From an uncultured delta proteobacterium (GTDB lineage: Bacteria > Desulfobacterota > Syntrophorhabdia > Syntrophorhabdales > WCHB1-27): a DNA stretch of 64,000 nucleotides. Under the pieces are notes generated by a model. It searched no databases. It saw only the letters and a list, made by a program, of their open reading frames with translations, and was not told where the DNA came from. Below, piece after piece: positions 18,870 through 27,962 of this stretch (positions are counted from its first letter, which is position 1; each line of letters starts with the position of its first letter). Where the stretch lies: contig CAWGRP010000019.1 in the NCBI GenBank assembly GCA_963825005.1, forward strand, positions 239,742 through 303,741. Reading direction: 5' to 3'. Position numbers and translations under genes: made by a program.

Positions 18870-20609
18870 CTATCTACTGCGGAGCAGCTTCTTCACATCG
18901 GGCCAGCTTCGCGTATTGATCACGTCTTCGGCCTCCAGCCAGCCCCGCCTGGCCTGGGCAACGCCGAACCGCATGAACAGAAGGTCTGTTCTGCTGTGCG
19001 CATCGGTGGAGATGGAAACCTTTACGCCGAAATCTTTTGCCATCTTGCAAAATCTGTCGGAGAGATCGAGGCGATCCGGATTGCCGTTTACCTCCATGAA
19101 GCAGCCCTTGGCGCGCGCTGCTTTCATCAGTTGCTCCATGTCCACGTCGTACGGCTGCCGTTCGTCTATCAGCCGGCCGGTAGGATGAGCGAGGATGTGG
19201 AAATAAGGATTCTCCATTGCCTTCAGGATTCGTTCCGTCTGTTGTGATTTCGAAAGATTAAACTTTGAATGGATCGAGCAAACGGTTATGTCCAGTTCTT
19301 TGAGGATGTTGTCAGGAAGATCCAGAGAGCCGTCCTCGTGAATGTCCACCTCGATCGATTTTAAGATGTGAATCGATTTCAGCCTCTTGTTCAGTTGATC
19401 GATCTCCTGGTTTCGCGCGGCAAGACGGACAGCGTCGAAGCCGCGTGTCATGGCGAGCCGTTGTGTGTGATCGGTAATCGCGATGTATGCATAACCCAGC
19501 TTGGCGGCGGCTTCAGCCATCTCCAGCGGCGTATTCCGACCGTCGGTTGTTTCCTTGGTGTGCGTGTGGAGGTCCCCCTTGATATCCTTTTGTTCAACAA
19601 GTCTTGGAAGGCGTCCTTCGCGGGCTGCCTCGATCTCGCCCCAGTTTTCCCTCAGCTCTGGTTCAATGTAAGGAAGACCCACCTGCCGGTAGACCTCTTC
19701 TTCGGTCTTGCCGGCAATCTGCTTCTCATCCCTGAAGACGCCGTACTCGTTGATTTTCAAGCCGGCCTTCATGCCAAGCTTGCGGATTGCTATGTTGTGC
19801 TCTTTGCAGCCGGTGAAGTAGTGGAGTGCTGCCCCGTAGCTCACCTGGGGCACAAGACGAAGATCGACCTGCAAGCCGGAGCGCAATATCACGCTGGAGC
19901 GGGTCGATCCATGCGAGATGACCTTTTTCACATTCTCATACTGTGTGAAATGCTCCATGATGGGACATTCGGCGCTGCAGGTTGCGAGAATATCGAGGTC
20001 GCCCACTGTCTCTTTCTTGCGGCGGTAGCTTCCGGCGACCTCGATATTCTGTATGCCCTTCACGGCCTGGAGGTAATGAACCAGGGATTCGGCTATCTCC
20101 TCGGCGACCGGAAGCTTGACGCGATCCTTTTTTTGTTCCGTTCCCTCCTCAGGCGTGCCGCCCAATTCTTCCACTATTGCCTGCTCGGTCTTCTTGCCAA
20201 AACCGGGAAGTTCGCTGATCGCGCCTTTGCTCGCCGCCTCTTTCAACTGCTGCATGGTGCTGATGCCCAATGTTTCGTAAAGGGCATGAACGCGTTTGGG
20301 ACCGAGGCCGGCTACCCTCATGAGCTTACCTAATTCGCCGGGCATGCGCGCTTCCATTTCCTGCAGTTCAGGAAACGTTCCGGTCTTCACCATCTGTGCA
20401 ATCTTGTTGGCGAGATCTTTACCAATGCCGGAAAACTGGGTGAGATCTTCGTTCCTGCCGACCATCTCGGCTACACTTTGCGGAAGGCTGGCGATAATAC
20501 GGGCAGCATTTCTGTACGCACGCACCCTGAACTGATTGGCTCCCTCTATTTCGAGCAGGTCCGCCATTTCATTGAAGCGATCAATTATCTCTGCGTTATG
20601 AACGGGCAT
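18870..20609 (-). CDS. polX: Family X DNA polymerase with C-terminal PHP phosphoesterase domain
   Basis: N-terminal ...LLEIEGANQFRVRAYRNAAR, HhH motifs, and the PHP block IKGDLHTHTKETTDG...ITDH. Confidence 0.9.
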   Translation of the reverse strand: MPVHNAEIIDRFNEMADLLEIEGANQFRVRAYRNAARIIASLPQSVAEMVGRNEDLTQFSGIGKDLANKIAQMVKTGTFPELQEMEARMPGELGKLMRVAGLGPKRVHALYETLGISTMQQLKEAASKGAISELPGFGKKTEQAIVEELGGTPEEGTEQKKDRVKLPVAEEIAESLVHYLQAVKGIQNIEVAGSYRRKKETVGDLDILATCSAECPIMEHFTQYENVKKVISHGSTRSSVILRSGLQVDLRLVPQVSYGAALHYFTGCKEHNIAIRKLGMKAGLKINEYGVFRDEKQIAGKTEEEVYRQVGLPYIEPELRENWGEIEAAREGRLPRLVEQKDIKGDLHTHTKETTDGRNTPLEMAEAAAKLGYAYIAITDHTQRLAMTRGFDAVRLAARNQEIDQLNKRLKSIHILKSIEVDIHEDGSLDLPDNILKELDITVCSIHSKFNLSKSQQTERILKAMENPYFHILAHPTGRLIDERQPYDVDMEQLMKAARAKGCFMEVNGNPDRLDLSDRFCKMAKDFGVKVSISTDAHSRTDLLFMRFGVAQARRGWLEAEDVINTRSWPDVKKLLRSR

Positions 20610-20842
20610 GGCTAGCTAGCGCCTCCATTAACCAAATCTAATACCAATTCGTGGTCAAGGGTGTAGGCCGGGGGGCACTCCGGGCCACACGAACAAATGT
20701 GCATGAGAAAATGGAAAGGCAAAGGCCGGTTAGTTCAGGGGCACGTGAGAAATGCGTATAAAAAAGGAAGGGGCGGGGAAGACCGTTTTCTCCGCTCTCT
20801 CAATAGATTGCAGGTTCTATTTAGTGCACGCGAGAAGTGGAT

Positions 20843-21107
20843 GGCCAGCCGGAAGAACTGTTCGTTCCACGAGTTAGGCGCTGCAGGTCTGACCCGCGCT
20901 ACACTCCGCCTCCTTCGATGCTCATTGCGAACTCCTCTTTTCAGGCTTCCTGTATTGGCAGCTCGCAAAATATAGGATTTGCGTCTGCTCGGCCTCGGAG
21001 TCAGGCGCATCGTGCCGCGCCAATCACATGCGCGGCAACAGTCGTCTCCGCTGCCGGGTCCCCAGACCTTCCGCGATACTCGTTCCACGAACAGTTCTTC
21101 CGGCCGG
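20843..21107 (-). repeat. Family-1 repeat, subtype 1, copy A1 (about 265 nt, rod-forming)
   Basis: The reverse complement aligns end to end with 25881-26143 and 44330-44597. Terminal arms are GGCCAGCCGGAAGAAC / GTTCTTCCGGCCGG. Confidence 0.85.
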
Positions 21108-21169
21108 TCATTATGTGCGTTGTTGTGTCTGACAAAATTTTAAAACAATACCGTAGAGCCCGGTGGGCT

Positions 21170-21417
21170 GGGAGGACCTTTTTCGGAGCGAACATCGCGG
21201 AAGGGCTGGGGACCCGTAAACGCAGGCGAGTGGTGCTGCACATCGTGAGGTGCAGCACGATGCGTCCGACTCCGAGGCCTCGCAGCTCTGAACAATCTGG
21301 TTTGCGAGCTGCCATGGTAATCTACGGTACCCGAGGGGTTCGCAGTCAAAAAGCATCGAACTCGCCGGAGTGTCCAACGGGTCAGACCTGGAGCGTCTAG
21401 AGAGCGGAGAAAACGGT
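21170..21417 (+). repeat. Family-1 repeat, subtype 2, copy A2
   Basis: By eye, the reverse complement of 25527-25775 differs from this copy at only scattered positions. It shares conserved blocks with subtype 1 (ATCGCGGAAGGGCTGGGGACCCG, GACTCCGAGGCC, GTTTGCGAGCTGCC, GTTCGCA, CGGGTCAGACCTGGAGCG). Confidence 0.85.
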
Positions 21418-21532
21418 GCGAGCAGCCCGCCCTTTCCCGCGGCGTGGATTTCTTGCTCTTCCGTGTTTAGTGTATAGTTAGCGCCGTTGCGATGACCATT
21501 GCTGTGGTGAATGCGGACACACCGGGCGTCAT

Positions 21533-23704
21533 GTGAGCATGAAAGAATCGCGGTTTCAATTCGGCCTCTATTTCTTGCCCTTCGTCATATGGGTTCCGCT
21601 CATCATTTTTCTTCTCTGGTTTGTCTTCCATTACGTTGACCTGAAGCCGCAGGTAAACGAGAACTTCTTCTTCGCGAGCAGTGATCCGCAACTGCAGACA
21701 GACCGGTTGATCTCGAAGCTCTTTATACAGGAAGATCAACTCGTCGTGGCTGCAACGGGTGACATCCGTTCTCCTCGATATCTCGAGAAATTACACCGCC
21801 TGACGGAAGAGCTCTCGGCTATTCCGCAGATTGACACGGTGGAATCCCTGGTAAAAGGACCCAAGGACACTGATGAGGCCCTGAAGAGCCCTCTCTGGAA
21901 ACGGGTCCTCTTTTCCGAAGATCACAAGGCTTCTTTTGTCTACGTCTGGGTAAAGCGGCAAGCTTCGTTGGATAAAGCGGTCGCGGGGATTGAACATGTT
22001 GTGCTCCGTCTGAATACGCCCGATTTTCCACTCAGGATATCCGGCGCCCCGTACATCATGCATCTCATCGAGCGCAATCTTTTGCGAGACCTGAAGATAT
22101 TCAGCATTGGGGCCTTTTGTGTCTTCGGACTCTGCGGCCTCGCAATATCGCGCTCAATTCCCATGGTCCTTGGAACGCTGATCGCCTGCACCATCGCAAG
22201 CGCCGTCACTCTGATGCTGACGCACAAATTCGCCATACCGGTCGGGCCTCTCACTGCCAACCTTTCCACGATCGTCTTCGTGCTCACGCTCACCCACATG
22301 GTATTCATGACCTACAATTTCCGGCACATCATCCAGAAGAAAGAGGCAGCTCTCGATGAAGCGTGGCGCCGGGCGGTAAGGGTCACGATACTGCCGTCGT
22401 CTTTGAGCATGCTCACCGCGCTTTTCGGTTTTTTGAGCCTTCTTATCGTTCCTGCAACACCGCTGCGCCAACTGGGAATCTCCGGTGCCATCGGGACGGT
22501 TATCGCTTTCGTATCAGCTTATGTTGTCTATCCTTTATTTCTGAGGGCACAAAGATCAGGCCTCGCTCCTCAACATAAGAAGACGGCGGATGCGCGCACC
22601 GAATCGACAGACGTAGCGCCATTCTTCAGAAAGAGGCACGGCAGGATTGTTGCGCTCATTCTCATCGCTGCAGCGGGTGCTTCGATAGGCCTCTGGACGC
22701 TGAACACGGAGCCGAGTATCTTTTCCTATTTCAAGAAAGGGAGCGAACTGAGAACGAGTCTCGAATATTTCGACCGGAACGGCGGGAGCATCCCGCTCAA
22801 TATGGTGGTGGCGAATCCCAATAAGGCGCCGTTCAAGATCGGTGAAGACTACCAGAGGCTCTGGAACCTTCAGACGGCACTGGAGAAGGATCCTGCCGTA
22901 GGAACCGTAATGTCTCTGGCGCTCCTTCTCGCCGAGGCCAAGACCAGGCACCCGGTACTCACCTTTTTTATTCCGCTGAAATGGGTGCTGAAAGCGTTGG
23001 AAAGCAGCCGCTTCGAGAACGCGGCAAAGTATTACATATCAAATGATGAATCGAAAACGCTCCTCGTGCTGAGAATGAAAGAGGAGTCGCAGCAATCCGA
23101 TCGGCTGGCAAACGTTGAGCGGCTGAAGAAAATAGTCCGCAAAGAAGGGTTTGAGCCGGTGCTCATAGGAGGCACGTACGTGCTGTATGGGAAACTTTCA
23201 AAGCTCGTGGGATCGAGTCTCATCGAAGGTCTCGGGCTTCTGGTCCTGATGTTCACGATCATGGGCGGTATCATCTCCCGCTCCTTCAGAGTGACTGTGG
23301 CGGTCTTCATCGGTTTGGCTGATATTCCTCTCCTGCTGCTTGGCCTGATAGGTCTTTTCCGTATTCCTATAGATATCATTTCAGCTCCCGGCGCCAATAT
23401 CGCCATCGGGATCGGCGTGGATGCGATGATCCACATGCTTATCTGGGTGAGACGCCACCCGGCCGGCATGCGCTCCTGGGAGGCGTGGTCTCCCGTCAGC
23501 TCGAGATTGCGAAAGCCGATTCTTTATTCCATGAGCGTCGTCTGTGCCGGATTCGGAATCTTCATGCTGTCCGGTTTCCCTCCCACGCAGCGTTTTGGTT
23601 TCTCGGTCGTACTGGGAACATTGCTGACGCCGCTCTCGGCGCTCTTCATCCTGCCATGGTTCAGCACGATGCAACTGGGTTGGCATCGTTCAAAGGTTTC
23701 ATGA
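21533..23704 (+). CDS. MMPL/RND-superfamily membrane transporter
   Basis: 723 aa with two blocks of about 6 TM helices separated by soluble loops, the typical MMPL/SSD architecture. Confidence 0.75.
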   Translation: MSMKESRFQFGLYFLPFVIWVPLIIFLLWFVFHYVDLKPQVNENFFFASSDPQLQTDRLISKLFIQEDQLVVAATGDIRSPRYLEKLHRLTEELSAIPQIDTVESLVKGPKDTDEALKSPLWKRVLFSEDHKASFVYVWVKRQASLDKAVAGIEHVVLRLNTPDFPLRISGAPYIMHLIERNLLRDLKIFSIGAFCVFGLCGLAISRSIPMVLGTLIACTIASAVTLMLTHKFAIPVGPLTANLSTIVFVLTLTHMVFMTYNFRHIIQKKEAALDEAWRRAVRVTILPSSLSMLTALFGFLSLLIVPATPLRQLGISGAIGTVIAFVSAYVVYPLFLRAQRSGLAPQHKKTADARTESTDVAPFFRKRHGRIVALILIAAAGASIGLWTLNTEPSIFSYFKKGSELRTSLEYFDRNGGSIPLNMVVANPNKAPFKIGEDYQRLWNLQTALEKDPAVGTVMSLALLLAEAKTRHPVLTFFIPLKWVLKALESSRFENAAKYYISNDESKTLLVLRMKEESQQSDRLANVERLKKIVRKEGFEPVLIGGTYVLYGKLSKLVGSSLIEGLGLLVLMFTIMGGIISRSFRVTVAVFIGLADIPLLLLGLIGLFRIPIDIISAPGANIAIGIGVDAMIHMLIWVRRHPAGMRSWEAWSPVSSRLRKPILYSMSVVCAGFGIFMLSGFPPTQRFGFSVVLGTLLTPLSALFILPWFSTMQLGWHRSKVS

Positions 23705-23724
23705 AGAAGAATATAAATAGAATT

Positions 23725-23963
23725 TCATCGCAGATGAACGCAGATAAGGAAAAGAGAGATGTTCACAGATGATATGCCGGTGGACAGCATTGAGATAGAG
23801 CGACAATGCTGTCCACACTTCAGCGCTCCGCGGGTCAGGTCTCACCCCACCGGAGGTGCTGGGGTTGACCGGCTGTGACGCTCTATCACACAGGCGGTCA
23901 AGAAATAATCATCAGCGTTCATCATAGCCCTTATCCGCTCTTATCTGCGATGAAGAAAGCGGG
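23725..23963. repeat. Family-4 MITE-like repeat, long copy 1
   Basis: Termini TCATCGCAGATgaacGCAGATAAGG / CCCTTATCCGCTCTTATCTGCGATGA. Internal 13-bp hairpin GTGGACAGCATTG...CAATGCTGTCCAC. Homologous to 32652-32914. Confidence 0.8.
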
Positions 23964-24021
23964 CTGTGAGTGATATCTGTCGCAGTATTGCGACATAAAC
24001 CTGACTGAAGGAGTCAGACCC

Positions 24022-25260
24022 ATGAAGATCACGATTTTAACCAACGAATATCCGCCACACGTGTATGGAGGAGCAGGTGTGCACGTCGAACACCTTGCGC
24101 GAGAACTTTCCAGGCTGCGCGAAGAAGATCTCTCGGTGCAGGTGCTTTGTTTCGGCGACCAGAGAGAAGAGTCACCTCCACTGCATGTACAGGGGATAGA
24201 AAAACCGTGCGATATACGGTCGAGCGATGAGCGCGACGCCAAATTGCTCGAGACGTTTCTCAGAGACGTGATGATGGTCGGTGCTGCGCAGGATACCGAT
24301 ATTGTTCATTGTCACACCTGGTATACGCACCTGGCGGGTTGTCTCGTGAGGCAACTGCGGCAGTGTCCTCTGGTGCTCACCACGCATTCTCTGGAACCTC
24401 AGCGCCCGTGGAAGGAGGAGCAACTCGGGTCGGGCTATGCAGTCAGCACATGGGTCGAGAAGACCGCCTACCACAGTGCCGATGGAGTGGTCGCAGTCTC
24501 TCAATCGATGAAACAGGCTGTGCATGATCTGTATGGCGTCCCGTTTGAGAAGGTGCAAGTGATTCCGAACGGCGTTGACACCGAGGTCTACAAACCAACG
24601 CCTGACCCTGCGCTTCTTGCATCCTTTGGTATCGATCCGGCCAAACCGTACCTGCTCTTCGTGGGAAGGGTTACACGGCAGAAAGGTATCATCCACCTCG
24701 TGAATGCAATCAAGCATCTCGCATCAAATGTGCAGGTCGTACTCTGCGCCGGGGCGCCGGACACGCCTGAGATCGGACGCGAGATGGCTGAAAAGGTCGA
24801 ATCCGTGCGGGCGCAAACGCAGAACCCGATCATCTGGATAGAGCGCTGGGTTCCGCGTGACCAGATCGTCACGCTCTACACGCACGCTTCTTTGTTTGTC
24901 TGCCCGTCAGTCTATGAGCCGTTCGGTATTATCAACCTTGAGGCGATGGCCTGCGGCACGCCGGTCGTTGCATCCGCAGTGGGCGGTATCCCGGAAGTGG
25001 TGGTTCAGGGGAAAACCGGTCTGCTGGTGCCGTTCGAGAGCAAGGCTGAGAATGATCCGGAACCTCGGGAACCGGAACGATTTGCCGCAGACCTGGCTGG
25101 CGCGATCGATCGCATTTTCAGCTTGTCTGCTGATATGGACCTCATGCGCCGAAGCTGCCGCGAATGGGTAGAGGAGCGCTTCAGCTGGAAAACCGTGGCG
25201 AGCGAGACGTACCGGTTCTACAGTGACCTGATAAAGACCGACCGCTCCGCGAAGACGTAG
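24022..25260 (+). CDS. GT4 glycosyltransferase of the actinobacterial glycogen-synthase type, a likely GlgM-like alpha-maltose-1-phosphate synthase
   Basis: MKITILTNEYPPHVYGGAGVHVEHLAREL.., HTWYT.LAG, THSLEP.RPWK.EQLG.GY, FVGR.TRQKG, CAGAPDTPEI and VCPSVYEPFGIINLEAMACGTPVVAS. By recollection it aligns along the whole length with mycobacterial GlgM. Confidence 0.8.
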   Translation: MKITILTNEYPPHVYGGAGVHVEHLARELSRLREEDLSVQVLCFGDQREESPPLHVQGIEKPCDIRSSDERDAKLLETFLRDVMMVGAAQDTDIVHCHTWYTHLAGCLVRQLRQCPLVLTTHSLEPQRPWKEEQLGSGYAVSTWVEKTAYHSADGVVAVSQSMKQAVHDLYGVPFEKVQVIPNGVDTEVYKPTPDPALLASFGIDPAKPYLLFVGRVTRQKGIIHLVNAIKHLASNVQVVLCAGAPDTPEIGREMAEKVESVRAQTQNPIIWIERWVPRDQIVTLYTHASLFVCPSVYEPFGIINLEAMACGTPVVASAVGGIPEVVVQGKTGLLVPFESKAENDPEPREPERFAADLAGAIDRIFSLSADMDLMRRSCREWVEERFSWKTVASETYRFYSDLIKTDRSAKT

Positions 25261-25307
25261 GACGCTAGGACGACCGTCATGCTGACCGGGGCAGGTCGGG
25301 CCGCTCG

Positions 25308-25440
25308 GACCGTTTTCTCCGCGAACTAGGCGCTCCGAAAAGGCTCCTCCCCGCCCGCCAGGCCAGTGCAGTATTGTCTTAAAATGTTGTCAGACACAAT
25401 AACGCAACACAATGGCCGGCCGGAAGAACTTTCGTTCCAC
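25308..25440 (-). repeat. Family-1 partial composite copy B1: internally deleted subtype 2, the central spacer, and only the terminal arm of subtype 1
   Basis: The reverse complement matches 21085-21190 (..GAACGAAAGTTCTTCCGGCCGGCCATTGTGTTGCGTTATTGTGTCTGACAACATTTTAAGACAATAC..). It then jumps from GGAGCG to the subtype-2 3' end CCTAGTTCGCGGAGAAAACGGTC. Confidence 0.7.
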
Positions 25441-25526
25441 TCTCCATTCGAGTAGGTAGGAGCGATCAGAAAGGCATCCGACGAGTTGAGTCGACTAGAA
25501 CCGTACCGAAGGGGGGGGCGGGGAGG

Positions 25527-25775
25527 ACCGTTTTCTGCACTCTCTAGGCGCTCCAGGTCTGACCCGTTGGACACTCCGGCGAGTTCGATGCTTTTTGACT
25601 GCGAACCCCTCGGGTACCGTAGATCACCATGGCAGCTCGCAAACCTGCATTGTTCTGACCTGCTAGGCCTCGGAGTCGGACGCATCGTGCTGCACCTCGC
25701 GATGTGCAGCACCACTCGCCTGCATTTACGGGTCCCCAGCCCCTCCGCGATGTTCGCTCCGAAAAAGGTCCTCCC
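25527..25775 (-). repeat. Family-1 repeat, subtype 2, copy B2
   Basis: Reverse complement of A2 (21170-21417). Confidence 0.85.
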
Positions 25776-25880
25776 CGCCCTCACCCGGTCGATGATAAAT
25801 TGAACACGACGAAAATTTAATCGTCAGACATAAATCGTGCAGGGTATTGGCATTTACAAGAAAAGTAACGACTATGGTAT

Positions 25881-26143
25881 GGCCAGACGGAAGACTTTCG
25901 TGGAACGAGTATCGCGGGAGGTCTGGGGACCCGGCAGCGCAGACGACTGGTGCCGCGTATCTGATTGGCGCGGCACGACGCGCCTGACTCCGAGGCTTGA
26001 GTGAGCGTCAGAGGTTAGTTTGCGAGCTGCCGATCTCGGAAGATTGGAGAAAGGTGTTCGCAATGAGCGTCGAAGGAGGCGGAGCGTAGCACGGGTCAGA
26101 CCGGGAGCGCCTAACTCGTGGAATGAAAGTGTTCCGGCTGGCC
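25881..26143 (+). repeat. Family-1 repeat, subtype 1, copy B3
   Basis: GGCCAGACGGAAGACTTTCGTGGAACGAGTATCGCGGGAGGTCTGGGGACCCGG...CGGGTCAGACCGGGAGCGCCTAACTCGTGGAATGAAAGTGTTCCGGCTGGCC. Confidence 0.85.
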
Positions 26144-26213
26144 ATTCCTTTATGCAGCGGTAGTTTGTCTGTTTTGCAGGGCGAACTGGTAAAAAGATGA
26201 AGGCTTGTAGATT

Positions 26214-26453
26214 TTACAGCGAGAAATTGGAGAGCTGGTACGGGATCTCTTTCTCTTCGAGGATCTGTTTTTTCTCGAAGTAGATCTCGCCTGCTGCGAT
26301 CTCTCTCAAGGCGGTCACTACTTCCTTGTTGGCTGATTTGACCAGGGGGCGGGCGCCTTTAACTAACTGCTTGGTCCTCTTGGCTGCAAGATGTACGAGC
26401 TCGAAGCGGTTTTCTACATGCGCCATGCAGTCTTCAACAGTTATTCTTGCCAT
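26214..26453 (-). CDS. rpoZ: DNA-directed RNA polymerase subunit omega
   Basis: [30 protein letters not shown] is the canonical RpoZ N-terminus. Confidence 0.9.
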   Translation of the reverse strand: MARITVEDCMAHVENRFELVHLAAKRTKQLVKGARPLVKSANKEVVTALREIAAGEIYFEKKQILEEKEIPYQLSNFSL

Positions 26454-27015
26454 TCTCTTGCCCCCCTAAGGACACAATAATCGACTGGAATTGCTGATAT
26501 GCTGTCTCCAAGGTATCATTTTTTACCGTGAAAGTAAAGAGAGGCCTCTTTTCCATCTCCTCCTGCACCCGTTGCATCCTTTTTTCGATCTCTTTTTCTC
26601 CTCGCAAAGAAAGGCGTCGTATCAGCTCATCGACGGATGGCGGTTCAATAAATATGAGGCAGGCTGCGGAACACTTCTCTCTTACCTTCAGAGCGCCTTT
26701 TACATCGACATCCAGAATGACGTCGCGTCCCTCCTCGATCGGTTCGAATATCTCCTTGATCGGTGTTCCGTAGAGGTATCCGTGGACAGACTCCCATTCG
26801 AGAAAGCCGTTATCGTGAATCATTTTCTGAAAAGTCGGCTCATCGGTAAAGTAGTAATCCTTGCCGTCCACCTCATTTTGCCTCTTATTGCGGGTGGTGT
26901 AGGACACAGAAAAGAGGAGATTCCTCTCCTCTCTCAGTACACGTTCAATCAGCGTCGATTTTCCGACGCCTGAAGGCCCCGACACCACAATCAAATGCCC
27001 TTTTTTCCCCGACAC
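26434..27015 (-). CDS. gmk: Guanylate kinase
   Basis: P-loop [12 protein letters not shown], ..SVSYTTR..R..E.DG.DYYF.., and the gmk-rpoZ synteny. Confidence 0.9.
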   Translation of the reverse strand: MSGKKGHLIVVSGPSGVGKSTLIERVLREERNLLFSVSYTTRNKRQNEVDGKDYYFTDEPTFQKMIHDNGFLEWESVHGYLYGTPIKEIFEPIEEGRDVILDVDVKGALKVREKCSAACLIFIEPPSVDELIRRLSLRGEKEIEKRMQRVQEEMEKRPLFTFTVKNDTLETAYQQFQSIIVSLGGQENGKNNC

Positions 27016-27095
27016 CTCAGCCCCGCATCAATCTGTTCTGTTTTATCCGTGACCCTGACGGGTACCCGCTTGCGGGTGCCCGTGACCCCGTCTTG

Positions 27096-27962
27096 TCATT
27101 CAACGTTCTGCACCTGCTCGCGCATCTTTTCTATTTCTACTTTTATTTTTATGACCCGCTCGCTGATGTACAGATCGCTTGACTTGCTGCCTATGGTATT
27201 CGACTCCCGGACCATCTCCTGTATGATGAAATCCAGTTTGCGTCCCATTTCATCAGGAGCGTCGAGCGTTTGCCGGAAGTGGCCGAGATGTCCATTGAGC
27301 CGCGTGATCTCTTCGGCTATGTCGGCTCTTTCCATGTAGATGGCGATCTCCTGGAGTATGCGTGACTCGTCGATCGATGACGCCTCGATAGCCTTCCGCA
27401 CCTTTTCCCGCAGATTCTCCTCATGCTTTTTTACGACCGAAGGCCATCGCTCCTCAATCTGGGAAAGGTCGGCTCGTATCTTTTCAAGGCGATCGGAAAG
27501 GTCCTGCTTTATCAGCTCCCCTTCGCGCTCGCGCTCCTGGTTCAACTTTGCGAGCAGCTCATCGAAACAGCTATACAGCGCTGCTTCGGGCAGGCTTGCT
27601 TCCTCGTACACGATGATATCTCTCGCACCCAGAATATTCTCAAGGGTCAGATCTCCCTTGAGGCCATAGGTCTGTTTCAGATGACCGGCGACATTGATGT
27701 ACCATTTGATTGCTTCCTCGTTCAACGTCGGTAAGGTCAGGCTCTCGTTCGTTTTTTCCCATTTCATCGTAACATCGAGCCTGCCTCTCTTGATCTGTTT
27801 TTTTGCCAGCTCCCGCAAGCGCTGCTCGTAGACTGAAGCGCTCTTCGGCAGTTTAAGCGAGACTTCCAGGTAGCGGCTGTTGAGGGAGCGCGCTTCTCCC
27901 GAGCATTTGCCGTCACTTGTTTCCGATTCAGCCCTTGAAAAGCCCGTCATGCTTCTTGGCAT
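27096..27962 (-). CDS. yicC: YicC/YloC-family stress-induced protein (endoribonuclease)
   Basis: N-terminal SMTGFSRAE and C-terminal EEITRLNGHL..F...LDFIIQEMVRESNTIGSKS. Confidence 0.85.
   Translation of the reverse strand: MPRSMTGFSRAESETSDGKCSGEARSLNSRYLEVSLKLPKSASVYEQRLRELAKKQIKRGRLDVTMKWEKTNESLTLPTLNEEAIKWYINVAGHLKQTYGLKGDLTLENILGARDIIVYEEASLPEAALYSCFDELLAKLNQEREREGELIKQDLSDRLEKIRADLSQIEERWPSVVKKHEENLREKVRKAIEASSIDESRILQEIAIYMERADIAEEITRLNGHLGHFRQTLDAPDEMGRKLDFIIQEMVRESNTIGSKSSDLYISERVIKIKVEIEKMREQVQNVE

Noticed and set aside
20697-21400. Several 60-190-aa ORFs on both strands inside the repeat loci, also at 25326..25803, 25872..26063 and 44242..44715.
   Set aside because: They lie entirely within family-1 repeat DNA and recur as near-identical peptides in different frames and strands. 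They have no ribosome-binding sites and are translation artefacts of the repeats.
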